Below, in pieces: positions 21,003 to 33,409 of a DNA stretch of 64,000 bases. The position numbers and the translations under genes are program-made. The stretch is taken from contig OZ365109.1 of assembly GCA_977030845.1 (NCBI GenBank), positions 37,696,001 through 37,760,000 on the forward strand, given 5' to 3'. The notes beneath the pieces are model-generated. The model was not told where the DNA came from. It saw only the letters and a list, made by a program, of their open reading frames with translations, and did not search any database. The stretch's first letter is position 1, and each line of letters begins with the position of its first letter. Source of the DNA: Fimbriosthenelais zetlandica (lineage: Eukaryota).

Positions 21003-24000
21003 TCATTGGGATTCCATTAACAATACTAATTTTTGAATTGGCCTCTCTAAGACGGACGCTTTCCTTTGGCGTTTGCCTTTTGGGTCTAAACGCTTCTCAC
21101 TTAGCCTGACTGTGGCTCGTCTTACTAGTCCATCGGCGCTTGTCATGACTGACTCAATGATAGCCAAGGGCCATTCGCATCGTGGGGTATCCTGGTCAAC
21201 CACCAATACTATGTCTCCCACCATTAAGTTCTTCCTTATGGTGTTCCACTTCTGTCGCCTTTGTAAGTTGAATAAATACTCCTTTCTCCATCGGCTCCAA
21301 AATTGTTCTACTAGGTATTCAGCTCGTCGCCATGCCTTACGTGTGTAGACGTCTTCTCTAGAAAATACACCTGGGGGAGGTAGTAGGTTCGATGGTTTGA
21401 ATGTCAGTAAGTGGTTTGGTGTGAGTGGTGTCACTTCTGGATCAGTTGATATAGGTACTATTGGACGACTATTCACAATGTATGAGCATTCATAGAAGAT
21501 TGTCCTGAGGGACGAATCATCTAGATGGCCAGGGTAAGCAGTTAAAACCGCATTCAATACATTACGGACTGTTCTTATCTGTCGTTTGTATATGCCACCA
21601 GCATGGCTTGCAGTAGGCACATTGAACTTGAAATCACATTGACGATCCAGTAAGTATTTTGATATCCTTTCCTTGCTCATCTCCTTGAGGGCTTGGGTTA
21701 GTTCGTTGTTAGCTCCTGTGAAGTTTGTACCCTGATCGCAGAACAGTGTCCTCACTGATCCTCGTATGGCCAGAAAGCATCTAAGAGCCCTGATGAAGCA
21801 ATCGGTCGTTAGATCGTCTAGTGTTTCAATGTGTATCGCCCTGCTATTCAAGCAGGTGAATAGTAGGCCATATCTCTTTGATTGTTTCCTTCCCTGTTTC
21901 GTGTGAAAAGGTCCAAAACAGTCCATACCACAATAGGAAAATGGAGCGCCAGCCTCCATACGTTCTTCAGGTAAGTCTGCCATGAGTTGTTCTTGTGGCG
22001 GTTGGCGTAATTTTCGACAGATGACACAATCCTTGATGATGTTTTTTACAACCTTAGGTTGGATCCAGAACCCATGTGTTCTCAAGGTGGCGAGTGTCAT
22101 TCCATGTCCCTGATGTGTTGTTTCGTGATAGTACCTGATTATCAGTTTGGATATGTGGCTATTTTTTGGCAGAATGACTGGATGTTTTTCCTTGTCAGAG
22201 AAAGAAGATCTTCGTAATCGACCACCGACTCTCATTACACCATGCTCGTCGAGGAAAGGCTGTAAGTCACGAATGCTGCTTGTTGATGGAATAGATTCAC
22301 CTTTTGTAAGTAAACCCATCTCCATGTCAAAGGCCACTTCTTGGTCCAGCCGGATCAAGATCCCTTCAGCCTCCTCTACCTCTGATACGGTGAGCAGCTC
22401 CTTCTGATTTGTTTTTGAAGTCATTCTCTTAATTCTGGCGATCACCCTCTTGAGTAGCTTCCAGTTAGAAAATCTATTAAACCTTGGTAGTACATCAGAG
22501 TTCATTGTCTTGGTTGATAAGAAGGATACCGCTCTTACTTCTGGATCTTCCACAGAGATCTCAGGGATTTCAGTGTAAGGATGATGAATCTCCAACTCCC
22601 AGAGGAACCTCGGTCCACTAAACCAGTGAGAATTTAGAAGGTCGTCGATGAACATTCCACGTGAAGCTTGATCGGCAGGATTATGTTCGGATTGGACCCA
22701 GAACCATCGTTTGACATCGCTGTTCTCTCGTATGAATTGCACCCTATTAGCGACAAATACATGGAACCGTTTTGAAGGATTGCGTATGTATGCCAAGACG
22801 ATTTGAGAGTCTGACCAGAAGTATTCATTGTCGATAGTCAATTGAAGCTCATCCTTTAATTTCAGACTCAATTTGACAGCAACCACAGCCGCAGTTAACT
22901 CTAACCTTGGAACCGTCACAGCTTTACTTGGAGCAACTCTTGATTTCCCAACAACTAAGCAGCAATGAACCTGGTCTAGTGATATGAAGCGCAGATAGGA
23001 GCATATCCCATAGCCGACGTTGCTGGCATCTGAAAAGTGATGCAGTTCTATGGAAATACAATGGAATTCTGCAGGTTTAAATGGTCGTGGTATGTAGACA
23101 TCCTTCAACCGCTGTAGTTCTGTGAGCCACCTCTTCCACTGTGGTAGGAGTTCTTCTGATAGTGGTTCGTCCCATGATAATTTTCCTAAACATGCCATTT
23201 GTAGGACAGATTTCCCAATCAAGATGAAGGGCGATAGAAACCCCAACGGGTCAAACACAGATGCAACAGTAGACAACACTCCCCTTCTTGTATATGGTTT
23301 ATCACGTGGCTTTGGAGAAAACGTGAATGAGTCCTTCTCAATGTTCCATTGAACACCAAGTGTGCGTTCGACTGGTAAGGCTTCATCAGAGAACAGATTG
23401 ACTTGATGGATGCTTGCTGATCTCTCGGTTGGCGAAACACTATCTAAGACTACTCTACTATTAGAGATAAATTTGTGCAGTTTTAACTTCACCTTGCTGC
23501 AGAGGGTTTTAGCTCGCTGAATTAAGTTTATTGCTTCCTCTTCCGTAGCAACACTCACAATACCATCGTCGACATAGAAGTTATGTAGAATAAATGAACT
23601 AGCTTCAGGATATTCTAGTCCAAAGTCATGTGTCAATTGTCTCAAACTAAACTGTGCACATCCTGGAGATGAAGTAGCCCCAAAGAGGTGAACGTTCATA
23701 CGAAACTCAACAGGATCCTTCTCAGTGTCTCCACTGGGCCACCACAAGAATCTTAAATAGTCTTTGTCGTTTGGATCTACATGGAAACGAAGAAACATAC
23801 TTTCTATGTCACACATAATGGCCACTGGATGGGAGCGAAATCGACACAGAAAACCAAAGATGTTATTTGTAAGTTCGGGACCTGATAACAAATGATCATT
23901 TAAGGATGTTCCCTTGTACTTAGCGGAACAATCAAATACCACACGCAATTTCTGCTTCTGGGGGTGTACTACTCCATGATGAGGTATGTACCAAGTTTCT

Positions 24001-24733
24001 CCTGGTCGAGCCTCGTCTCCAGCTATCTCTGCATAGCCTTCATTTAACATTCCATCGATGAATTTTGTATACTCTTCCTTATAGGCCTGGGTTTGGAGTT
24101 TGCGTTTCAGACTCTGCAACCTGGTAGTTGCCAGCTCGATGTTATTTGGCAGCACTGGTCTTTCCCTGAACGGTAATGGTGATTCATAGTGACCCTTCTC
24201 ATTGATAATTATATTGCTCTTCATTGTTTCCATGAATTGGAGATCATCCTGTGAGACCTTTGTCGTTTCATACTTAGTATCATTGAAGTCAGTTTCCATT
24301 AATTTAACAACATCTCGAGGGGTGACTGATGGCAATTCCTTCACAGAAACACGATGACAGATAGTCAAGAATGATTCACTTTCACTTGATGAGCCGATCA
24401 CACTCCAGCCTAGTTCAGTTTTCACTGCAAATGGTTCATGATCCTTTCCTTTTAGGACTTCTTTTGGCAGTAAGGCATGACAACAATTATACCCAATAAG
24501 CAGACCAATAGGACAACCTAAATATGGTGGTAATTTATTGATCAATGGCTGTAGATGTTCCCATTTCTTAGCTGTTTCTCTTGTAGGAATGTTAGTGGCA
24601 TCGAAGGGAATAGAGTCTCTGCTGTAAGCTGGGGGAAGATCAATATAAGTTCCTGACGTATAGCCTCGAATCTGTAGACCAAGAATTCTGTTGCTATTCA
24701 CTTCTGTATTTTTACTCAATACTGTAGTCAGTC
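21003..24733 (-). CDS. BEL pol portion (end of protease, RT, RNase H, integrase)
   Basis: WYIPHHGV, RVVFDCSA, FYVDD, HHFSDAS, HHCC zinc finger, DCFGP, CDQGTNF; in frame with the gag portion once the MITE is removed. Confidence 0.93.
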
Positions 24734-24736
24734 TAA

Positions 24737-25432
24737 AGCCGGGCCTCCACTGCGGCGACAAACCTGTCGCAAGGGTTGCGACAGCTGTCGTGCGACAGTG
24801 TCGCCGCAGTGGAGGCAGGGGTCGAGACAGACAGGCGACAATATGTGTTGTCGTGAGCTTGTCCCTTGGTGCTTGCGACAGTTTTGATTGCGTTCAAAAT
24901 TGTCGCAGCTTGTCGCACGATATAGCTTGTCGCAAGCTTGTCACAAGCTTGTCGTCTGTATGGAGGCACTTGTCGTGCGACAAGCTATGGAGAGGGTTAA
25001 TGTGCGACAACCGATAGGTGGCAGGACCATACTCATTCCAAGAGGGCGTCACATAAACAAGGCAGGACTAAACTGACGAAAGGCAGAACTATTTGGCAGG
25101 ATTTAGAAAGCCTACCGGGAGGGCGAAACGAAGCGGGACTTCCGGTTGTTAACCGGAAGTGGCCCTGTCGCACGACATTGTCGCGGCAATGGAGGCAGGT
25201 AGTCGCTGATGTGGTCATAGGATTTGCTGATGGTATTCAGGTAATGTCGCAAGACAGTGTCGCACCAATGGAGGCTTCTGTCGTCCCTTGTCACTTCAAT
25301 TTCTGCATGAAAATGTCGCTGCAATGGAGGACCATTGTCGCTTCTGTCGTACGTTGTCGCATACACCTTGCGACAAAGGCTTGTCGTGGCAAAATTGTCG
25401 TGCGACACTGTCGTCGCAGTGGAGGCCCGGCT
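24737..25432. mobile_element. PIF/Harbinger-type MITE inserted in the BEL ORF
   Basis: TIR AGCCGGGCCTCCACTGCG..., TSD TAA (24734-36, 25433-35); the empty site restores ...SEPVKL-RLTTVLSK... Confidence 0.92.
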
Positions 25433-25435
25433 TAA

Positions 25436-27605
25436 GCTTCACTGGTTCGCTTTCCACATTCCAGCCTTCAATGATGGACTCGTCGATGAAGGTGCTATTG
25501 CTTTGATTATCCAGTAGGGCATACACAAGTACTTCATGATCTGGATTCTCCTTTGTTGATAGCCACACCGGGAGTACATTGGACGTTCCTGACGAAGACT
25601 CTTGATGAGAAGTCATAGCTATTGCTGAACTTTGCTGTTCTTTGGCTTCTGGAACCTTCTCTGTTGATACCTTATCTGTTGATAGCTTGTCTGCTGATAC
25701 CTTGTCTGCTGATTCAACTGGCTTATAGTTCTCATTGTGTAGACAAGTTGGGTGTCTCCGTTTGCACGTCTTACAAACATGACGATTTTTACATTCTCTT
25801 GAAAAGTGCCCTGTACGCAAGCAACTGAAGCATCGGTGATTTTGCTGCAAAAACTCTTTCCTCTTTTCAAGTGTAATCTTCAGGAACTCTTCACAAGCAG
25901 TAAGGTAGTGATTACCCTTACAGTAAGAACATACTTTGGTAACTTGGGACTCACAATCCTTACCCGTTGAACTGTTAATGCTGGTAACTGTAGATGAACC
26001 TTTATCCTTAAGCGCATTAACTGTATGTAAGGTTGTAGACTTTATGTCCTTTTTCACATCCTTGAGTTGAGATTCCTTGAGAGCAAAGAGCGATGACACA
26101 GGATTACATGCGATATTAGCTTCTTGTTGTACAAAGTCTGCAAACATGTGGAACGCAGGATAATCCTTCTCCTCTTCCAGATCACGAGTGACACGGCGAT
26201 TCCATCTCTCTACTAACCTTCCTGGGAGCTTATTTAGAAGTTTTTGATTCTCCTGAAAGTCATTAAGAATAACCAAACCTTTAACATGTGGCATTGCACT
26301 CTTGCAACCTTGTAGAAAGTCACTAAACTCTCTCAGCTTCTTGGGGTTGTCACTTATCCTTGGCCAACTTGCGAGTTTCTCCCTGAACGCACGTTGGACT
26401 ATGAAGGGGTGACCATAACGAGACTGAAGTTTCTTCCAAGCTTCGTCGTAAGCTTCACCATCTTGTCTGTAAAACATACCTTCAAGGACTGACCGTGCTT
26501 CACCACTAGTGTATTTCTGTAAATAATACAACTTATCTGATGTCGTTGTACATCGCTTACCAATCAACATCTGGAAGGCTTGGCTCCATGTGATGAATTC
26601 TAGAGGATCACCTTTGAAGATAGATGGTTCTGGAGGAGGCAAACGTGAATGTTGAATTGATTCTGTTATAGCTTGAGCGATGATCGAAGAATCGACATTA
26701 TAACCAAGAGGCGGATTCTGTGACAGTGGGGTAGAGTGGATGTGGTTTGGCACATTTGGTTGAGATCGCATATATTGCAGCGTTGGTTGATGTGATATGG
26801 ATGTAGGAAGATTAACATCAGCTGCTGCATTATCAGTTAGCACTGAGTCGTTTGACGAGATAAGAACACCTTCTTGTCGTAATGAGTAAGTAGTTAAGGA
26901 CTTCAACCTTGCTTGAGAATCTGCTAATTTATGTTGAACCTCCATAAAGGCGACCTTTGAACGCTGAGATTCTATTGCATGTTCATTTACCAAATTTTGT
27001 CTCTGGAGCTCCTGTAACCGTAACTCTTCTTTCTCCTTTTCTTGTAAAAGAAGAAGCTGTGTCCTTTGAGCTTCTACTTCAGCAGCTGCACGTGCAGTCA
27101 TCTCCTTCACAGATTCACTATCAGATACATCAGTTCGTGCGCTATACACTGAGGTAGCATATGGTTTTTTCAGTTCCCGCAAGTTTGCTAACTCCTCCGC
27201 ATCGTTGAATTCTGAGACACCAAGTTGTATTGTTCTTTGGTTTATGTATGTCTCCATGTCCCGTCCACAGGCTGTGGCTGTGTCCATGCGTCTTTTATAA
27301 GAGTACCAATCAGGTATGTGAGAGATATCCCTACGAATTTCATCATAAGCCTTGGTAACTTTAGTATGAGCTTTAGCTATCTGGTCAAGAAAATCGTATA
27401 ACACATCTTCAGTACAACAAGTTTTGAGTGAAACCTTGACATATACTAGCAGACTCTTATACTCTTCATATGCATTTGTGAATTTTTGACATCTCTTATC
27501 AGCATTTTCACGAAGTAATAGCAATGCCTTTTCTGTAGGTTTTTGAACCCGCTCACTTCTACGCAAAGTAAACTCTGTTTCTGAATCTGAACCCTTTCCA
27601 GCCAT
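25436..27605 (-). CDS. BEL gag-protease portion
   Basis: ATG at 27605 (MAGKGSDSE), LRRSERVQKPT, three Cys/His knuckles (CSYC..H..C, CFSC..H..C, CKTC..H..H), protease ALLDNQS. Confidence 0.9.
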
Positions 27606-27647
27606 TTTGCAGAGTAATAGTAATATCAACCGTTTAGGAAACAATAA

Positions 27648-28080
27648 TACAATATCAACCCTTGGGGGGAAACAATGATACAATATCAACCTTGGGGGGA
27701 AACAATGATACAATATCAACCTTTTTGTGAGTTCATGTTCAAATAATCAATAGTAATAGCTGATAATCAATCAGCATAGTACTTCCGCAATTGTTCATGA
27801 ATGTTCTTGATCAATTTGATAGTTCTTGGTTTGTCTTCATTGGATGTGGCACATGGACGTCAGTTGGATATCAGTTCAATATAACAGTGACAGCACAGTA
27901 CCTCATAAGTGGAAGTGGAAGTGGAATTGTCTTGCTTGAAGTTGAACGTGAAGAAAACTTGAAACCTGGATACTTCACAAGACCGATATACTTCATTCCT
28001 TGGAGAACACCATTACAGCACTGAAGAACACCATTACATCACTGGAGAACACCATTTGTCACCTTTGGAGAACACCATTG
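27648..28080. repeat. Short tandem repeats in the BEL 5' leader
   Basis: ~31-bp atacaatatcaacc(c)ttggggggaaacaatg units at ~27648-27722 and four gagaacaccatt-type units at ~28009-28080. Confidence 0.75.
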
Positions 28081-28121
28081 ACCTTGACCTTGTCCTTGTC
28101 CATAACTCCAAAAGTTTTGAC

Positions 28122-28615
28122 TATAGTTGGTTTCAATAATGATGCCGTTTGAATTGGACAGACTTTAATTTCCTATTTGCCGTCAAAACTGTAACAATAT
28201 ATGTAACAATACAATGTCATAATGTGTATCAAATACCTTACAATGGGTAGGAATATATATTGAACTTGAATAGTCCTTATTAACAAGTTAACATTACAAA
28301 GTAATACATTAATCACAAACTAACCTTTTTGGCTCTTTTTTAAACATTTGAAAACCAACAAATCATGTAGAGGTGTGACTTGCAATTAGACCTGGTAGGC
28401 CTACACACAGTTGTACCATGGCACACAACATGCCTCCACTGAGGATCCAATGCAAGTGAGTGGGCAGTGTAGTGATCAGTATACACCAGTGCACGTACCC
28501 ATACACCCACTCATACATCAGCCCATACATGCACGCATACATCAAACCCATACAGGCACGCACGCGATGGTGCATATGGTTGCATTTAAAACCTTACTTT
28601 ATGTTACCCGTTACA
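28122..28615 (-). repeat. BEL 5' LTR
   Basis: See 3' LTR; followed on the minus strand by GTCAAAACTTTTGG. Confidence 0.95.
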
Positions 28616-28837
28616 TGCCCTATCTGGTGGCTCGAAACCAGATTCCTATCTCTTTTAGAAAGTCGATTTTCAGAAAAACTTCACTACAACAATTATTATA
28701 ATAATTGTGTATAAAAATCCACACAACTTTAGTATTTCGTCCCCCTGTAGGGGAAACGAAATAATTATTTGTATGGAGCTTATTGAAAATTATAAAATTA
28801 TTATGGAAGATTTCATCAATAGAGGGGAGGTGGTTAA

Positions 28838-29077
28838 AGCCCGACATCCACTGTACGATCTTTGAAGGCACCGATTTTTGTGATCGGCAAAGATCAAAAT
28901 AAAATCGTTACAGATCATTTCTCTATTGATTTACCATTGATAAATCGCCGTCGATCACAAGAATTTGGCATCCACCAGCCCGATCATCGGAACAGATCTT
29001 TTTATTGTGTCCCGATCGCCTGTGATCGCTTAAGATCGCAAAATCGGGATGAAAATCGGGCTGGTGGATGTCGGGCT
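28838..29077. mobile_element. Harbinger-type MITE (240 bp)
   Basis: Perfect 14-bp TIR AGCCCGACATCCAC, TSD TAA; internal CGATC/GATCG repeats. Confidence 0.85.
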
Positions 29078-29310
29078 TAAATAGCACAGTTACCACTTCA
29101 TTTATGGTTACTACAATATTGTATTTAAATATTTTCCCCTGAAACATTCACATTGGCCTTATTGAATTTGTATAATTATACATGGATGATATTGATTTGG
29201 GCATGAAAGACCTTGCAGTTATTGACAAGAGGCAGAGAGTGGGAGTTATACCTTTACGCACCCAAGAAGGGTATAACATGAGTATTGATTATCATAATAT
29301 TCCAACACAT

Positions 29311-29438
29311 GGCTCATTTTTACTAAGGCCCAACGACCCCTCGAGTCTCCCCTCGAGAAAAAGCATTGTCAACGTTGGTACAATGCAAATGCTTCTACGA
29401 GGGGTCGTTGAGCCTCGTGGGCTTAGTAAAATGGGCCC
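29311..29438. mobile_element. MITE family A copy
   Basis: Shares caacgacccctcg, caacgttggtacaatg and gggccc|cag end with 36724-36881 and 45870-46039. Confidence 0.7.
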
Positions 29439-32400
29439 CAGGTACACATGTATGCCAGTTAAATATTGATTGAACTAGGGGTAATGAATTCCATGCATTT
29501 ACATTTATATGGCCATTTATATGCCCTTATCATCCGCAGATTGTTGTATATTGTCGCAATAAAGCTAATTGTCCTATGATTCGAATGTATGCATATTGCA
29601 TAATATGTATGTACAATACATATGTGACATTTTATGCGGGAATACTGTGCTATACATTCTATTGTACTTATTGTGATTATGAATTGGGTCAAAATTGGGT
29701 TCATCCTTATCACAAATACAGAAGTCATTGGGCAAATTTATTTGTCAATATATCACATGAATGTATAGCTGACAACAATGTATTAAGATGGTTTTTGTAT
29801 TGTTGTTTCGACCGATTTTTACTATTGCGCATGATGAAACTAATATACAATATTATGATATATACGCACATGATATTGTCGCATGTAGCTTCCATCTAAA
29901 TGATTTCTTTAACAATTTACAGACTTCCTAAGACCCATTTTCCTACCGAGTTGTCAAGCTGACGTTTTGCTCATTTCAATACCAATATGTTTAATGGAAG
30001 TTGGGACGGACTTGAGGTGCCAAAAGTAATTTTCTACCTGAATCGAAGTTTCTGTACTTAAGTTCGAAACGTGGCCCTGATTGTGACTGATTGTAATAGC
30101 CAACCCTTCAAGAATTCTTCCATTAAAGAATTGCATTCGCCGAACTCCTTCAATGAAAACCGAGTTGCGTTGAGCTGCCTGGCTACATGTAGCCTCTACC
30201 ATTTGAATTTATATGGAGAGAGGGTTTATGACATATAGGGAAGTTTTATGTTTCACTGACATGTGGCTCGTTGAAGGGATGCTGAACACTTTACATCAAG
30301 TAGGGCCTTATTTGTATAGATTGACGTCAGAACTGTCAAAATGTGGTGCCCATATATGTACAATATCCTAAGACTAAGAGAGATCAAGAAACCCACCGCT
30401 AAAACATGGCGGCTTCCATGAATCTCTTATCCTGGGGCGAATCATCACTTTTAAGAATTGATTTCTACCTCAATCTACTTGGTTCCACTAGACGACAAAA
30501 TCACTGTCACTGAATGACAAAACAAATGTTCAAATTCGTCGCTGGTATATCGGGGGCCATTTTAGGTCAAGCAAATGGGTCTTCATAGTCGCTCACTCTG
30601 GTTAGTCTATCTTTGGACTCCACAAAGTTAAGAGAAAAATATTTCAATATACATTAATGATGATCAAATTAACTACAGTTTTCCAGAGGAGATTCAAATT
30701 TAGTTTAGATTGTTTGCCTTCCACACTTCTTATTAGCTCCCAGCCTTTACTATTAGCAACACACCTAAATGGGTTATCACTTCTTTGGTTTACTTTCGTT
30801 TGATCTTCCACTCCTTACGTTGGAGAGAGAGAATTAAGTACATACCTCAAAGGTATTTGTCATAATTAGGTTTGGTTCATCAACAATATTAACGGTTAGG
30901 AGTGAGAAACGTTTAACTGCTCTGCCTTTGGGATCTGCTTGGCATTAATGTTGCCCGAGATCTGCAGCAGACCTGCAATATTTGTTCTAACATTTATATG
31001 AATAGCATAATAAAAAGAGCGAGGTCCCCACTCCAATGCGACCGTATCAAATCATAAAAAAAATAACATAAAACAGTTTATATGAACGGCATAAGAATAG
31101 AACAATTTCCCCACAACAATGCGACCGTTTCCATGTGCATTTTAATGTTCACACATTAGATCTAGTATTTATAGACCTGAATTGGAGATGACAATCCTAT
31201 CGTCTGCATTGCATCCAGTGTTCGGTGTACAGATATGTCGGATGTTACAAAAAGGGCTGAGAATAGAACGCAATATTTGGATCCTTTCTCCAAAGGAGGC
31301 GATCAGAATGTAGATGAACGAACTATAGGATGTCTTCCTCTACAATCTATATAGCCTACATTGAGAAAACCCAGAAATCACCCCACTTCCATTCTTATTC
31401 ATCAATCCTAGCCTCTCGGCTTATCGCTGGAGGAATAATTCATTTGTTCCACAGCTGAGCTGAATATGACAATGCTTGGCTGTATGTCCCTTTGGCTACC
31501 TATCTTCGAACAGTGTCTAAAGATTACTGTATGCTGCATGTATCTAAGTCAGGTTCGGAAGTATATAAGTCCACTGATGACAGATGGAAAACAAGTATCA
31601 TGGTCAATGATAAAACTCCTCGAGAGAACCAGGTCGATTGAAAAATAATTAATGGTAGTTTTATGGCCATTTGAATTATATGATTCACTGGTTATGTGTC
31701 TTGGAGTGAATCGGAAAGACATAAAAACCCATATGATATTGGGATATAGAAAAATTACTCCAAAACCGACCAACAAAAATATTGACCGTAATGATTATAA
31801 GCAGTGTTATATTTCATATCCAATCTGAAAACACATTCACATTATTTTACTGACCTTTAGTTAAATATATGAATTATATTATTTCCTTGTAATTGCATTG
31901 ACTGTTTTATTATAGCAATCGCTGATATTTTTTTGAGCAAAAGGTTCTGCTGAGTGCAGTGTCCTTTGAACAGAGTCTGCAGTGACGCTGGCTAACTGCC
32001 AGTAATGCTTTATTGACCGAGTATTGGATGGGATTGTCATCCTACTGCTTTATCGCCCATGTAATATTCATTGGGACGTTGTTCTGATCTGGATCACTCT
32101 CTTGAAGGTACTCAGAATGTCCGCCATATTGAATATTTTATATGGATTTCCTCTTGACAGTTCATGTGTAAAAATATGTGAATTGATTCAAATGGGGTCC
32201 GCGAGGTATCAGTATGGGCCTACAGATGCCTCCTGTTGATCATTGCTGATGATTTGTCATTTTCAATCAGATTACTTCAGTCGGAACTTGGAATCATTGA
32301 TCAGGGAATCGTGTTAAAAATTGGCCATCTGTAGTATGCCTGAATGCCACTTAAATATAAAGTGTATGGAAGATCTGAGAACACAATATGATTATCATGA

Positions 32401-32512
32401 TATCATATTGACATGACTGACATGTAATTATGTTGGAAAAAAATATAATATATTATTTTTCCGAGTTACAGAAAAAATAGTTTATGTATTACAGTATTCT
32501 AATTAAGTAACG

Positions 32513-33409
32513 GGGACATTCTCCGGCGGATGGTACCAAAACAGCCATATTTAGTGAAAAATGTCTATGTCTCAAAATTTATTTTAATGTTATTTTTTCA
32601 TAACTAGACATCATGTCTGATAGTATTCCACTGCTCATATTTTTAACTCCCAGTAGTTTTTATTTTATGGGGGTTTGAACATGGGTCCTTCGATTTCATC
32701 GTGAGACCGCCTCCTTTCTGCCCCTGCTACCGACCTCCCTCGAGTTAGTCCGGTAGCATTAAAGCCTGACCAGTCACACACAGAATGGAAATTCACAGCT
32801 TTTTCTTCTCTCATGCCTTTAATTTTGGGAATATGAGCGCAAAAATGGTTTTATAATGTTTCCCATGCATGGTTTCATAGTCATGAAAAAATAAAATATT
32901 CTTAATATAAAAATATAATTTTTTATTGCAAAAAATGTTAAAAAAAATATCCGTTTGCGTGACAAAATATCCGTTTGCGTGACACATTAAAAATAGGCTA
33001 AATTAGGAAAATAGAACGCTCATTGCAAAATACCCTATTTTAAATAATAAAATGGATTTTTTTTTGGAAAAAATTATGTCTCCATTAAAGTGACTAACTT
33101 CCCAGCTGGAAAACTGTGTTATAATAAAAAAATTATTTTTATTTTTTTTTTAAATTACTGTTTCCATGGTGATATGGACGAACGAAAACCCCTGTGTCAC
33201 GCGAAAAAGAAAACTGACCATTAAAAGTTAAATAAAAAATTTATAAATTAAAAAAAAACGAAAGTGTAGGAAACGAAAGTATAGACTTGGGGACATAATA
33301 AAAAGAAAAAAATGAAGGAATACTCGCATTAGTGATAAAATAGTGGCTTTTTGAATATTGAATTTGCATTTGCGGACATTTTTTGGTACCACCCCCCGGA
33401 GAACGGCCC
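32513..33409. mobile_element. Non-autonomous DNA transposon with 4-bp TSD and GGG termini (Sola2-like)
   Basis: Imperfect ~30-bp TIR GGGACATTCTCCGG...GGTACCAAAA, TSD AACG (32509-12, 33410-13), AT-rich interior with GCGTGACA motifs. Confidence 0.7.

Larger units (their letters stand above)
20424..28615 (-). mobile_element. Full-length BEL/Pao LTR retrotransposon
   Basis: Two 494-bp LTRs, 5-bp TSD TGCCC (20419-20423, 28616-28620), PPT-like TGATTGGTGGGAG next to the 3' LTR, gag-PR-RT-RH-IN domain order. Confidence 0.96.
14145..28765 (-). mobile_element. Helentron/DINE-1-like non-autonomous element (~2.65 kb after removing nested inserts)
   Basis: 13-bp subterminal inverted repeat TATTTCGTTTCCC (14179-14191) / GGGAAACGAAATA (28751-28763). 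Right copy is paired with an adjacent inverted partner (28733-28763 hairpin); left copy is flanked by a short stem-loop ATTGC-AA-GCAAT (14161-14172). Central tandem repeats; internal sequence becomes continuous when the solo LTR and BEL are removed. Confidence 0.65.

Noticed and set aside
24691-25517. Cluster of short overlapping ORFs
   Set aside because: By-products of the GC-rich repetitive MITE; no recognisable domain.
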